A stretch of DNA of 64,000 nucleotides from Piromyces finnis finn (GCA_002104945.1 MCFH01000035.1:496001-560000); one strand, 5' to 3'; shown: positions 25,801-40,420, numbered from the stretch's first letter. The notes: a model not told the origin generated them from the letters alone. Made by a program: numbers and translations.

Positions 25801-27736
25801 AAATATATTTGAAACCAAGAAACTTCGCTTCGCAATGAAGGGTGATGATACTATTTTAGAGGAACAATATTTAAATAAAAATCCCATAGTGAAAAAAGCT
25901 GTAAGCCAATTTGCCGTAAATCCGATCAAATCATTACGTTTTCTTTTCCAAAAAAAGTTACTTCATTGCTCTTCAATATCCATTGCCTTATTCCTTCATT
26001 GTATGCCTGGAATTAGTAAAAGACAGTTAGGTTTTTTCATTGGTATGCCTGAACACAGTGATATTTTAGAAGCTTTTATCGATGCCATTCCATGTCAAAA
26101 TGTTCGTTTAGATCAATCTTTAAGATTATTTTTGAAAACCATTCGACTTCCATCCGATAATGATATCATTAATCGTATATTTTGTTGCTTTGCTAGAATA
26201 TGGTATAGCCGTAATGAACATGTTGTTTCATTTGATTATATCATGACCTTAAAATTAGTATTCACTTTAATTTCCTTAAATGCTGAATTACATCCACCAA
26301 TTCCAGTAGAAGAACTTGAAATCTATTACAATTCAGACAATGTTGAAAAAATTAAGCAATCCTTCTTCCATCGTTTTAAAAATAATGAAATGATTTCCGA
26401 GGATTTAGAAAATGAAGAAGATGATAATAGTGAGCCAATTAGTACCAACAATACTGATGAACAATACTATATTCCAAAACAACTTTTAGAGGATATGTAT
26501 GAGAGTATTCTAAAAGAAAAAATTGAGGTTGCACCAGATAATATTTCTCTTATTAAACAAAGTCAAGATGCTCTTAAAGCTACCTTTAGCTATATACCAA
26601 AGAGTTCTCAAACCTCAACTGAATATATACCCTCTTCCTCTCAATTATTAGAATTTCCACCAAAACTTTATCAAAATGAAACCTCTGGTGTTATTACTGT
26701 CACCCTTCCGCATCCTAATCCATATATACAAATTAATATTAACACTCAAGAGCTAAAAGTTACCCCTGATGTTCTTACATTTGAAAACTCAAATCAAGCC
26801 GAATTTACTGTGACAGCATCTAAAACAGTTGGTAGAAAATTATTGATTTTTACAAAGCGTTTAACTGAGGCTGCATCTCAACTTCCTTTACAAGCCCAAC
26901 GCACCATTCTAGAAAGCTACTCTAATATTGATTCTAAGTGTATTAAAGTTGAACCAGCCTTCATGAAACATTCATTAATTTTAGAAACACTTGATGTTCC
27001 TGATGGAGGTGAAAAGATGAGTCCTCTTTTAAGTGGACATTTTCATCAAGAAAATGAAGAACCTCGAATGAACTTGAAAAAATATATTTTTACAGTGGAT
27101 AGTGATAGAAAAGTCAACGAATTTATTCAATCTACCAAAAAATATATTGGTAAAGTTAATGAGGAAGATACTACGTTTGATAATACGAAAAAGAATAGTT
27201 TGATGGGTGGTACAGCACTAGAGGAGACAGGTGAAGGAAATGCTGTTCCTGGTAAAAACGATTTTCTAATGCCACCCGGAAAAGATGAACCAACAAAGCT
27301 TATTTCTCGCTCCAATTCTGTGGATAATTTTTCTGTATTAATGTATTCTGATGAAATAAATTTAAATGAGGAAGATCAATCCTTTATTTCTCGTTGTAAT
27401 GAAGCCGTTCCCCGAAACATTGTTATTCTTCGTGAATATTTCCTTCCTAATGATAGAAAATTTAATACTATTGGTCGTTCTCTCTCTACCTTAAAAATTA
27501 CTGATATGGGTAGTCATGGATATCACTATAATAATGATGTCAATAGTTTAAGACATTATTCTGCTACAGGATCTGTTGACAGTCTTCATGATGATACTGA
27601 AGACAATGAAACTAATATTCCTGAAAGGACATATTCTACCACTGCTCAATCTAAACCTCTTCAAGCATCTAATGAAGAAAAATCATATGAAGAAAGTCAA
27701 TTTATTAATATTATATTAAATCAACTTTTAATATAA
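22867..27736 (+). CDS. Sec7-domain (Arf-GEF family) protein with long low-complexity N-terminus and PH-like segment (3 exons, about 1390 aa)
   Basis: Exons 22867-23226, 23568-24957, 25314-27736 join in frame via GT-AG introns. Sec7-like stretch FAVNPIKSLRFL...GISKRQLGFFIG...LDQSLRLFLKTIRLPSD...IFCCFARIWY. Confidence 0.78.
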
Positions 27737-28811
27737 TAATATATTATCAAATTATTTTATTAAAAAAAAAAAAAAAAAAAAAAAAAGGAAAGAAAGAAAT
27801 TGAAACTTTAAAAAAAAAAACAAATATATATAATAATACATATTTAAAAAAAAATAAAACAATAATGTTTGAAATTTACTATTTTAAATGAGAATAAAAT
27901 AAATCAAATTAAAATAGTTATGTTAAAAAGAAATAAGTTATTTTATTTTTTATAATATTTTTTTATTATTATTAAACCATCTTCTTTAACATTTAATACC
28001 AACAATAAAAATATTTCTTTTTTTTTTTTTTAATATACAAATTGTAAAAAATAATAAATAAATAAAAATTAAAATAAAATAAAAATATATTTATAAAATT
28101 CAAAATTAAAATCTTTATTTCTTTTAATTATTATTTAACTGTTCTACAATTTTTTCAATAGGTAAAAAATTTAAAAAATTAAAATTATTAAAGTTTATAA
28201 TTTCATTTTTTTAAAAAGAAAAAAAAAAAGTATTAATAATAATATAATTAGTAAAAAACAATGACAGTGAAAGATATTTTTATATCTTATATGTAGTGTA
28301 TGTAAATTTATTGAATAATATATTATAAAGATGAATTTTTTTTTATAAAGGAAAGAAATATAAAGGCCATTTATTTTATTTATATTCCCAAAAATTTTTT
28401 TAAACTTTTGTGCAACTTATGAAATTATACTAATATATCACTTAAATATTTTCTATTTAATATTTTTTTTTAAAAAAAAAAAAAAAAGTAATTTATCAAA
28501 TTCGAAAAATATACCAGTTATTTTTAAAGAAACATTATAATAATATTATTTAAAGATTTTTATTTTTACTTCAAATCTCAATAGAATTTTATATATATCT
28601 ATAATTTTAAAAGATATATATATTTTTAATAATAGAAAAATTATTATTAATAATTTGAAATCCAAATTTCAACTATCTTTTAGCGGCTTTTCAACATAAA
28701 AATTACACTTTTTTTTTTCTTTTCATTTTTTCTTTTTCTTTTTCTATATTTATTTTTTTTCCTCATTTTATCTTTCATATTATCCAACTATCAAATATAT
28801 AATATTAAACA

Positions 28812-31547
28812 ATGGAAAAATATCAGGTTTCTATATATAATTAATAATTAAAATTATAAAATTTTGAAGATTCATGAAATTCAAATTAACTTTTTTCCTT
28901 CTTTTTTTTTTTTTTTTACCTAATAAAAATTATTTTATTATATATTTTTAAAAAATGAATCAATATCACCTTATTATATTTAATAACATATAACACTCAA
29001 CATTTCATATAAAATCCTCTATATATTTTAAATACATTTTATTTATATTAATTATTTAATAATAATTTCATTATAAAAAATGGATGAATTATTTTCTCTT
29101 AAATGATGTTTTATTAATATTTTCAATAATTTATATATGCTGGAACTATCCATATACTAATAATATCAATTACATTATATTGTCATTTTTATCATATATA
29201 TTGAATATTTATTAATTGTTTATAAATATATATTGATTATCAAATAAAATTTAAATATAACAAAAATTAAAATTAAAATGACCTGATTCAAATTCTTATA
29301 AACAAAAATAAAAAACGAAAATAAATAAACATTGGAACCTACACTGTAAAATAAACAAAAAAAAAAAAAAAAAGAAAATTGAAAAAATTGGTGAAGGTAC
29401 CTATGGTGTTGTATATAAAGCACAAAATAAAGAGACTGGTGATATAGTAGCATTAAAAAGAGTAATAAAATATTTTTTTTTATTTTTGAATTGAACTACT
29501 TTTTAATTTTTTTTTTTTTAATACTTATTTAGTAGGAAATTCTAACTATTTTAATTACATTTTTCAATTTTATTTTCTAATAGATTCGTCTTGATAATGA
29601 AGAAGAAGTAATTATATTAAAGATTTTCAATACACATTTCCTTTAAATTACTATTATTATTATTATTATTATTATTATATTTTTTTTTTTTTTTTTTTTT
29701 AAGAAAAAAAAACCTATGTGTATAATATTAAATCATTGATATGTTATTATTCATTCTTACTTAACACAATTTTTAGGGAGTTCCATGTACAGGTAAAACA
29801 TATTATTATTGTTATTAGTATGTATATATATATATGTATATCAAAGTATAAATTAGTAAAATATCTAATTAATAATATTAATAATACAAATAGCTATTAG
29901 AGAAATCTCACTATTGAAGGAATTGAAACATCCTAGTATTGTAAAGTAAGCTTATTGCTATATTTGCTATATTTAATAATAATAAAATTTTATTAAATAC
30001 AATATTTACATAGTTTCAAACAAAATTTTTCAAGTAAAAATATTCAATAATTATTTACTTTTTTATATATAAATTTTTTTTATTTAATTACAAAAATAAA
30101 GGCTATATGATGTAATACATACAGAAAAAAAGTTGACATTGGTTTTTGAATACATGGATTTAGACTTAAAGAAATCTTTAGATATGAATAGTGGTGAAAT
30201 GGATCCTTACACTATGAAAGTAAGATATATAAATATTAGATGATATATATAAAAGAAAATTAAATATTAATAATAATAACAAGTAAATAAATAAATATTT
30301 AAAATATACATCTCTTAATATTACTATTATATTTTTTATTGTTGCTATACTAATATTGTTAATATTATTATTGTATTTCAAAATTTAAAACTTTAAATTT
30401 CAAAAAATATAAAAGAAATTAATGTATCAATTATTAGAAGGAATTGCTTATTGCCATGAACATAGAGTATTACATAGAGATTTAAAACCACAAGTAAATA
30501 ATCTTAAATTGTTTATGATTATATCAGTTTGGAAAATTGATAATATAATTAATTTCAACAAATATATAAAAATAATAATGAATAACAATTTTTTATTTTA
30601 ATATAATACCATCTCGATATTTTATAGAATTTATTAATAAATAAGGTATTTTATACTTATTTACATGATATATATTTTAATAAATAAAAAAAAAAAAAAA
30701 ATCAAACTATAATAAAATACTAATTGTATTGTCTATTAAATACATGATTATATAAATTCAAACATTAGAGAGGTGATTTAAAACTTGGTGATTTCGGTTT
30801 AGCTAGAGCCTTTGGTGTACCTGTTAGAAGCTATTCAAATGAAGTAAATATCGAATTCATATTTATATTAACATATTTATAAAAAGTCAATTTTTTATCT
30901 CTTATACCTTTTATTAATTTATAATATATTTAAACTTATTCATGATAATATAGGTCGTAACGCTATGGTAAATAGATATTCTCATTATTTTTTTATATGA
31001 AAACTATATAAATGTTATAAAAATATTTATATTTAATTGCATATATTGCATATACCTATAAAGGTATAGAGCTCCGGATGTTTTAATGGGGTCTAGACAA
31101 TATTCAACATCAATTGATCTATGGTCATTAGGATGTATTATGGCTGGTGAATATAATAATAATAATAATTGTTCAATAATAGAAATAATAACTTAAAATA
31201 TATCAACAATATTAAATAAAATAATTATTAATTTTTTTAATTATTTAATATATATATATATATATATAAGAAATGGCTACTGGTAGACCATTATTTTGTG
31301 GAAGTTCTATTAGAGATCAACTTATGAAAATATTTAAATATCCTTTTTTTTTTCAATTAATAGTACTATTATAATTAAATAAAAACAGATAATTATTAAA
31401 AAAAGTCGCTTTTCAGTATTTATTATTTTCTTTAACTTTTATTTTCGTTCTTACAGTATTAGGTACACCAGATACTACCGTATGGCCTAAGGTTACAGAA
31501 TTGCCGGATTGGAGGGTAAAATTTTAAAGTGGCATTAATTTTCTTTT

Positions 31548-31586
<39 letters not shown>

Positions 31587-31865
31587 TTAGCCTGATTTTC
31601 CTGTTTACCCAAAAATGGAGTTAGAAACATTATTCCCAAGATTAGATTCACTTGGTATTGATTTATTGAGTAGATTATTAGAATATCCTCCAGAAAAAAG
31701 AATTAGTGCTGAAGATGCTCTCCATCGTAAATAGACATATTTATATATTTGTATATTAAACAATAGTTTTATATATATTTAATATTATAAATTCAAACAT
31801 CTTAAATAATTTATTCATTTGTAATATAAATTTATTTAGATCGATATTTCCATGATTTAAAATAA
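28812..31865 (+). CDS. CDK5: Cyclin-dependent kinase of the CDK5/Pho85 group with PCTAIRE helix (15 exons, 289 aa)
   Basis: Exons 28812-28826, 29375-29461, 29584-29607, 29777-29792, 29894-29945, 30102-30219, 30416-30493, 30628-30645, 30769-30843, 30954-30967, 31064-31146, 31271-31337, 31455-31515, 31591-31726, 31840-31865 sum to 870 nt. Motifs [53 protein letters not shown]. Orthology (CDK5 versus Pho85) is inferred by eye. Confidence 0.88.
31338..31454 (+). other. U12-type (minor spliceosome) AT-AC intron
   Basis: 5' site ATATCCTTT, branch-like TTCTTTAAC at about 31428-31436, 3' end TTAC. Removing exactly this interval restores LMKIFK-VLGTP in frame. No GT donor is available at the junction. 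Confidence 0.9.
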
Positions 31866-32001
31866 AAATATTTATATATTAATAAATATATAAATATATA
31901 ATTTTAAGATTTTATATAACAATATGCTAATTATCTTTCCCATTTCATTCAAGGCATTAAATATAGATATCGATTTACAATTATTCAATAATAACATAAC
32001 C

Positions 32002-32041
<40 letters not shown>

Positions 32042-33710
32042 GTTAATATATAATAAAAAATTAAATATCAAATCACGTTTTTTACCATTTAACATTTAAT
32101 AATAATCACACTAATATAATATTTTTAATATATTATTCTATATTCTGTAAAATTATTAGCTTGCTAATAAAACTTTTTTTTTATCTTTTTTTTAATATAT
32201 ATTTAAATTCAAGCTAATTATTATAAAATTAAATAAAATCATTTAACCCTGATAAAAGTATTATTTTAGAAAATATTTAAGTTTATTATTCTTCTTTTCA
32301 TTTTATAATTATATTTAATAGTATATTGGGATTTTCTTTTTAAAAAAAAAAAAGTCTAATTATTATACTACTTTTAAAATTAAATTTACTATTCAAATAC
32401 TTAAAAAAATCTAATTTATAATTTGATTTTATCTTTATCAAAATAATTAAATGATTGTTTTTGTTAGCAACCTTTAAATATTCCTATATTCTTTCTTATT
32501 TTATATAATATTTTATTAAACTCCCTCCTCTCTCATTATTTCTTTTTATATAAATAAATTTAAGCATTGCTATCCTAAAAGATTAGAAATATTAGATAAT
32601 TGTTTAAATATAAAATTTATCCAGGTTAGAAAATGTAGTTGTAATACACATAAATATTTTGATTTTATATAATAAATTTACATAAAATCTAATATAGGTT
32701 AAAAAATAAGAAATGATCAAATAAAAAAAAAAAATACAATATATCCTTTATTCATATATAATATGTTTTCTATATATACATAACAAAATGTAAAAAGTTT
32801 AAATACTTTTATAATTTATGATATATATTATAAATTATAAATCACATATATAAAATATATATTAAGTTTAAAAAAACTTTAAATTAATTAATGCTTAAAT
32901 AAATCATTAGTTTATTGAAAATAAATAACTTGGCCCTTTATTAAAACCAAAGCTTCATTTCTTTTTTACAACTCATAATAAAACAAAATTTTTTAAGATT
33001 TTTATTAATTAAAAAAATAAAATATAAAATTTTTATAGTTTAATTTAGTATTTGATTTATACCAATCAAACATTTACTAAAGTTTACTCATTTTATTTAA
33101 TTAAAGATATTAATTGAAATGAAAACTATATAAATAGGTGTAATTTTTCTTTATTACTTTTTTTAATCATTAATCCCTAATATTTCTGCAGAACGAGTAA
33201 ATCTTTCGCCTTTTACTAAAGATTTCCGTGTAGAATTATTATAATATTGGGAATATAGGAATTTTTGGAATTTTTGGAATTTTCTTCAAAAAGAAGAAAA
33301 AAATTATATTTATTTAATTTAAAAATTGTGAAAAATAATATTAAAAATTGTATTCTTTATAAATAAGTTAAAAGCAATAAAAATTATTTAATTGCTCTGA
33401 AAATGAAAGAATAAAAAAAAATAACTTTAATATGAACAAAAAAAGTCAATTTAGTTTTTTTTTTGATATTAAATTGAAATTTATTTATGTATTTATGATT
33501 ATTTCAACTTTTTTATATTTAAATTTTTATTATTTATTTATTTTAATTGCAATTTTTTTTAAAGACTTTAACTTTTTTATTTTTTTTTTTATATAGATCA
33601 AAAAATATTATTACAATCTTTTTTTTTTTCTTTTATTATTTACTAATAAAAAAAAAAAACATGAATTTAGTTTTCATATTATCGTACATAAGTTGTTATG
33701 TTTAATTATT

Positions 33711-35854
33711 TCAATCAAATGATTTATCATTTTGCTTATTAAAGGATTTTATTTGATTGAGTTTGTTATTCCAGTAGTTAACTCTTCTAAAATCACGATT
33801 TTCAAGTTCATCTATTATCTATTATATATTATTATTATCATTATTATTAATATAATAATTTAATATTATATAAATTAATAATTTGATAAAATATTCTTAT
33901 TTATTTAATTAAATGTTTAATATCTTACTTTTAATAAGTTTTGGTATCCCTCTTTTGTTGGGTCTTTACGATATTTCATTTCACATATTTCATAATACAT
34001 ACTTAATGGAAAGATACATGTTTTGTCATCCTTTAATTGAATACATAATTCTTCAACATTTGGATAGTCTAAGAGAGTTTTTTCATTTAACTTAATAATA
34101 CTTTTTGAAGTTAAAGAAAATAATAATTTTTTTTTATAATTAATGAATTAATATATCAACTATTTTTTTTTAAACATTTTTTACAATAATTTAAATATTA
34201 TAATTCATTACCCTTTTAAATAACTCCATGGACATTTATTATTTGGTAATACCTTAATTTTTTCAATGGCATAACTAATTTTGAAGATATTTATGAAAGA
34301 TAAAAAAAAAAAAAGAAAGAAAATAAAAAAATTATTATATTTACATTTTTTAAAATAATTAAAATAATTATATAAATATAGATATTATGTATACTATAAA
34401 TATATCTTTATATTAATTTATTACTTTATTTCATTTTCTGCATCACTATCTAAAAGAATTTCTGGACGGTTATTATAGAAAAACATTCTTTGGTTCCAGG
34501 CTGAATTATTTCTAATGTCTTCTAATAAAAGCTCATCAATATATTCAAGTTCACTATTATTAAATAAATTGAAACGAGTAATTAACCATTGTCTTCATTA
34601 AATATATCAATTCATTAAATATGTTAAAAAGGAATATGTATATAACATTTATTCAGAATATAAAGGGAAAAAATTTAATAAGATTTTTAAATTAATTATT
34701 TTGATATGTAATATATATAAATTATATAATTCCTGTTTTTAAAATATAAAAGTTATATAATACATAATAATTAAATAATTAGATATTAAAAAAAAAAAAG
34801 TTCATACCGATATGCCCATGCATGATAATTTTTCGCATCATATTCAAGAACAATTTTTATTAAATCCATTTCTTCTACAGGATCATTTAAATTGTCTACC
34901 ATAACTTGTCTATGATGCCTTTTATATATTGTAAATTAGAATTATTTTATATATTATTATGATTTTTGAATTATTTTTAAAATATATACATAAAAAGGAT
35001 AAATATAATATTTTAAAAGGTTAATATTAATAATAATTATAATACTAAAAACTATAAATATACATTATTTTAATATTTTAAATATAATTATAATTAATGA
35101 ATGATCCATTATTAAAAAATTTTCATACCAAATTTGATAAGATTTCATGGTATCGAAAGTAGTTTCTTCCATTTTTTGTAATTCTTCTCTTAAATCATAA
35201 TTAAGTTGAAGAAGGATATCTTGTCTATATTTCCTACATTTATATATACATTTGTATTATACATGAATTTATGCATATTTAATGAATTTGTTATATAATT
35301 TTATACACTAATTATAATGTAAAATTTAAATATAATAATATGAAATTTGATTTCATGAAAATAAAAATTTATATATATTTCCAACAATTCCAAATGTATT
35401 GTTTAAATACAAAAAAATATAAATTTCGAAATTATGTATGCACCATATATAATAATGAGCTGGATTATATCCAATTAAAAATTCAGTAAGTTCAAGAGCT
35501 CTTTCACTAATTTCTTTCTTCTTAACAATTGCTCTAAAAACATCCATGGCATCAGTATCTTATTATTTTTATTATTATTAAAATTCAATTTTTTAAATAT
35601 ATACACATAGATATATATATCCCATTAAAAAATATGGTTAAGTATCATATTGAAACTATAATAGCATTTTTAAAATGTTTTATTATTAATGAAGAAAAAA
35701 AAAAAATTCAAAAATGGTTACATTCTTTATCATAATTAATAGAAATTAATCTTGGTTTTGATTCATCATATTGTGGAATAGGTTCAATATCTGACCATTC
35801 TGGTCTTTTACTATATAATACAAAGGTTTCATTATTTTGTTCTTGTTCGGCCAT
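33711..35854 (-). CDS. RAM2: Protein farnesyltransferase/geranylgeranyltransferase-I alpha subunit (RAM2/FNTA), multi-exon
   Basis: Spliced translation gives [84 protein letters not shown] and a C-terminal RRVNYW. All introns GT-AG. Confidence 0.9.
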
Positions 35855-36359
35855 TTTATTTTAAATATACTTAATATGTTTAATAAAAAATATTAAATAA
35901 AATTTAAAAAAAATCAAAATTTATAATTATTCATTTACATAATTAAATAATTTAATAAATAAATAAATAAATAAATAAATAAGTGTATGAATTAATAAAC
36001 AAATAAATGAATGAATGAATGAATAACATTATATAATGTATGTATCAATAAAAATTAATAAAGAAAATAAAATTATTAATATTTAATTTTTATGAAAAAT
36101 GCTTTTATAGTTATGAAAGCATTTTATATATATATAATAAATAGAATAAAAAAAAGTATAATAGTTTAAGATAAAAATATATATTAAAAACTTAAAAAAA
36201 CACTTTTATATACTATATTATATTTATATTTATATTTCGTTTATATTTATTATAATAATGTTTTAGAAAAGAGTTTATTAATATAACCATTTTTATTTTT
36301 TAAAAGATTTTTATATTTATTATATATTTAGCATAATATATAAAAAACTTCGTTTTTCC

Positions 36360-36713
36360 TTAGTCAAATAATAATCCTGTTAAGGTCAATATAGTATTAT
36401 TTTTAATTGCTTCTCTTGCTTCCGCTATTATTGTAGATTTTTCTTTTCCAACTTTTATTTTTATTTTAAAATATAATTAATAAATAAAAAAGAATAATTT
36501 TATTATTAATCAAAACTTAAAATATTAATTATCAATTTTCATAGAACTTACATCTTAAATTTGCTGCCTTGTGAATGATTTTATTTACTTCCTTTAATGA
36601 ATTAACTAATTGCTCATGATTTGAAGTTCGTTTTGAATATTCTAAGAATATATCAGAGTTTAAGTTATTTATAGCATGATAACCTTTTCTTAAATTTTGA
36701 CTACAACAGATAA

Positions 36714-36750
<37 letters not shown>

Positions 36751-38424
36751 CAGTATATAAATTAAATGAATAAAAGTAATTTCAATTATTAAAAAATATT
36801 TTTTTATCCTCTTACATGTCATTAATTTCTTTAGAATCTTCTGCTAAAATGAAAAATTTAACTAATTGATCTGAAAGTGATGCTATTTCAGATGTTAATT
36901 TCATTCGATTTACATTATATTCTTCTATATTCGATAATATTTCAATTAATTTCTGTTTTTCTGATGGGAAATTTCTTAAAACTACCGAGATATCAGATGG
37001 TTCTAGTACTGATATTAAATGCTGAAAACATCTACCAGCTATTTCAAGATTTTCTGTGAATATGGTTATAGATATGTTCTAAATAAATGTATATATTAAT
37101 ATTTAATAAACGTATGTTATATTTAATAAAAAATTTGAATTACTTATTAATATATAAACAAATTTGTGTATGTGATAATTACTGAATTGTCTGTTAAAAT
37201 TGCATTAATTGACATTTCTGATCCATCTAATAGGTATATAAAGTTTCCTCTTATACTATTAAAGGATTCCATCAAATCATCATTATCTTTTATTAAAAAA
37301 TAGGTCTTTATCCACCACACAATCTTTTTATTTAATTAAATAAAATAATGAAATAATTTATAAATATAATATACAAATATTGTGATTTAAGTAAACATTA
37401 TTATACATAAACTAGTATATATAAAATAAAGGCATACATCTGTCATTTTACTATTGACAGTGAATTTCAAATTTGATTTTCCTTCCTTTTCCAAATTTTT
37501 CACTGCTTTGAACATAATAAATTCTGGAATTATTTGTTTTTTAAGGAATACACGATTTGTATTTGTTTCTCTTTAAATATAATATAGAAGTTAAAACCAT
37601 AAAATCAACATTATTATTGTTAGATTTTTATTATAATTAGTAGCAGTAGTAGTAGTAGTTTTGTTATTATATTTTAATTACTTTGTTTGAATTTGACATA
37701 ATAATCTTATTAGAATTTCACCGCCTATTTCATGAACAAAATTCAATGGTATTCGATAAGGTGGTGTCATTTTTGTTACTTTTGGAAATCTAATTTATAT
37801 GTTATTATTATAGAAAAACATAGAAATAAAAGAATGGTTATAACATATTGTTTTCTTGGTAAAACAATTATTGATGAAAAAAAACTTTCAGTAAATTTAT
37901 TTTAATATATTTTACATTGTAAAAGTATTATCTTCAAATAAGACATCTGAAGTTACATTGACAACTTCAATAATAGCATTTTCTTTTGGTGTAATTAATA
38001 ATACAATTTGGCCAATTAAATTTTTATTGTCTACAAATTCTTGAATAATTTCAATAGTTGCAAAGGAATCCAGAATCATATCTTTTGATAATACAAATGC
38101 ATTAGATGAAATTGTTAATGATCTTTCTTTTAATGTTTTATATTCTAAAAGCAAGTCCTTTATTGATTTAAAACAATATGTAGATTAATATACATTAATA
38201 TTAATTATTAAATAAAACATTTTATATATCTTATATTTTCTTAAATTTTAAACGATGTTTTGTAAATTGAATTATTTTACTTGTTTTCTCTTGGTACATT
38301 CATATATTTTATTTTGATAATCTGTATTATAATCATAATTAATTGTCTTCTTATATATTGTAACTTTTTTCCCCACAAAATATAAAAATATAAAAACATA
38401 TTTAATTAGATACTACGCTGATGA

Positions 38425-38466
<42 letters not shown>

Positions 38467-40186
38467 TTTATTTATCAAATATACCTTTTCCATCCATTGA
38501 TAATTCAATTAAGCTATATTCACCATTATTTGAAAAATCCCCATAAACAAAACCAGCTATTGGATTATGACTTGTTGTGGTATTGGTGATACCGGTATTA
38601 GAATATAAAAGTTTTCCATCCTCAATATCTCTTATTTCAATAAGTCCATTATTATAACCAATACATAATCCATTCGCAATTTTTTTAGGACTCATATAGA
38701 AAATTTTAAATTTAATTAATGAAAAAATATTATGATTGTAATAATAATATGAGCTAATATTAAAAAGTTTTTCAATATTTACTATATTAATGAATTTATT
38801 GTATATTTTGTTCTTACAGACCAAATCTTTTTAAAGTTTGAATAAACACCAATTTCTCCATTTTCCAGTGAATATCTAATATATTATTTCAAGATAATTA
38901 TTATTGTTTTTGATTAGCATTATGTTTTCTATTTGAATTTTTAAATCAAATTTTTAGCTAAATTCTACGATATTAATATTTATATAAGTCCTTTATTTCC
39001 ATTAATATTTACCCAATAGTATTATGATGTAATGAACATAAATGTGTAATTAATCCTTGTTCTGGTATTTCACATATCATTTGATCATTTTTAAAACATC
39101 GTATATACGAATCTTCTGAACTCACATATAAAATTGGTTCTCTTTTATAAAGAATATTATAAATTTAAAATCATTAATATATATATACCAATATAACAAA
39201 TGACTAGTAATGAACAATCAATTTCCTATAAAATTCTAATAGCATTCATAATATTCAAAAAAGAACAAATTTATTTATATAATTATATTTTTATTTTACT
39301 TTTTATTTTTTTCTATTACAATATTTGAAACGACGTCTCCAGTAGTAATCCAATATACTTCATCTCCATGATAATCAAATCCCTTTTTATAAATATTTTG
39401 TAATATTTATTTATTATGAATAAATTATTATTAATAACTTTTTTTTATTATGTTTGTTTTGTATTAAAGCTTAAAGCTTCTTAATAAGATTTTAATTTTT
39501 ATTTCCGAAGATAATTCAAAAGTTAATTTTATATTTTCTGGACGTACTTGAACTAAACAGTTTTCTCCAACTAGGATATAAGGTGTCTCTGAATTAGATA
39601 CATATCCTGAAGAAACAGCAGTTATTTCATCTGATATTTCCTGATAAAATAAATCTGAATTATTTTCTACATCATACCTTTGATGTTAATATAAATATTT
39701 ATATAATATTTATTTGAATATTAATAATAATAAATATTAATTATTTTTTTTAAAAAAAAAACAATTAAACTTGATTTTAACTTTTTGTGAAAATTAATTA
39801 GAATTTATAAATGTTAGAAAAACCTACAAAAGTAGTTTATTTTTTGTTCCAATGATTAATAAATCTTTATTAATATCTGGGTCTAATTGATTACAAGCTA
39901 TTGAGGTTACTTCTTGTTCCATGTCAATTAACTCTATAAATTCATCTTCTGAACCCCTCAAGTATGGTGAATATTTATAAATTTTCCCACCTAATGAAAC
40001 AAATACAATTGAAAGATTTACGCCATCAACTACATATGATTTTTAAAAATATAATATTTGTTAGATATTTTATAAAATGTGTAAATAATTATTTTTATTT
40101 ATTTTTTTAAATAGTATAACTTATTCTATCTAATTAAACTATGGTTTCATTCTAATATTTCTTTTCTTTTTTTTTTTTCTTTCTTA

Positions 40187-40253
<67 letters not shown>

Positions 40254-40420
40254 TGTATTGTGATATATATATTATGTATCTAAAAGTAACGTTCTGATAA
40301 TACTGTTATTTTGAAAAAAAAAAAAAGATATATAGAAAAATATAATTTACATTTCCCTACGCAGCATAGATTTTTCTTTATTTTTATTTCAAAATCTTCA
40401 GTAAAAACTTTTGAGAGCAT
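36360..40420 (-). CDS. BBS2: Bardet-Biedl syndrome 2 protein homologue (BBSome subunit), multi-exon
   Basis: Spliced translation gives MLSKVFT...VGKFDG, LLLYDVENNSDLFYQEISD, GFDYHGDEVYWITTGDVV, SSEDSYIRCF, GYSLENGEIGVY and a C-terminal IAEAREAIKNN. These recall animal BBS2 blocks (AYDVYNNSDLFYREV, FWTVTGD, GSEDFDIRVF). Some internal boundaries are approximate. Confidence 0.82.
40188..40253. repeat. (ATT)n microsatellite, about 22 units, in BBS2 intron 1
   Basis: Direct reading. Confidence 0.9.
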
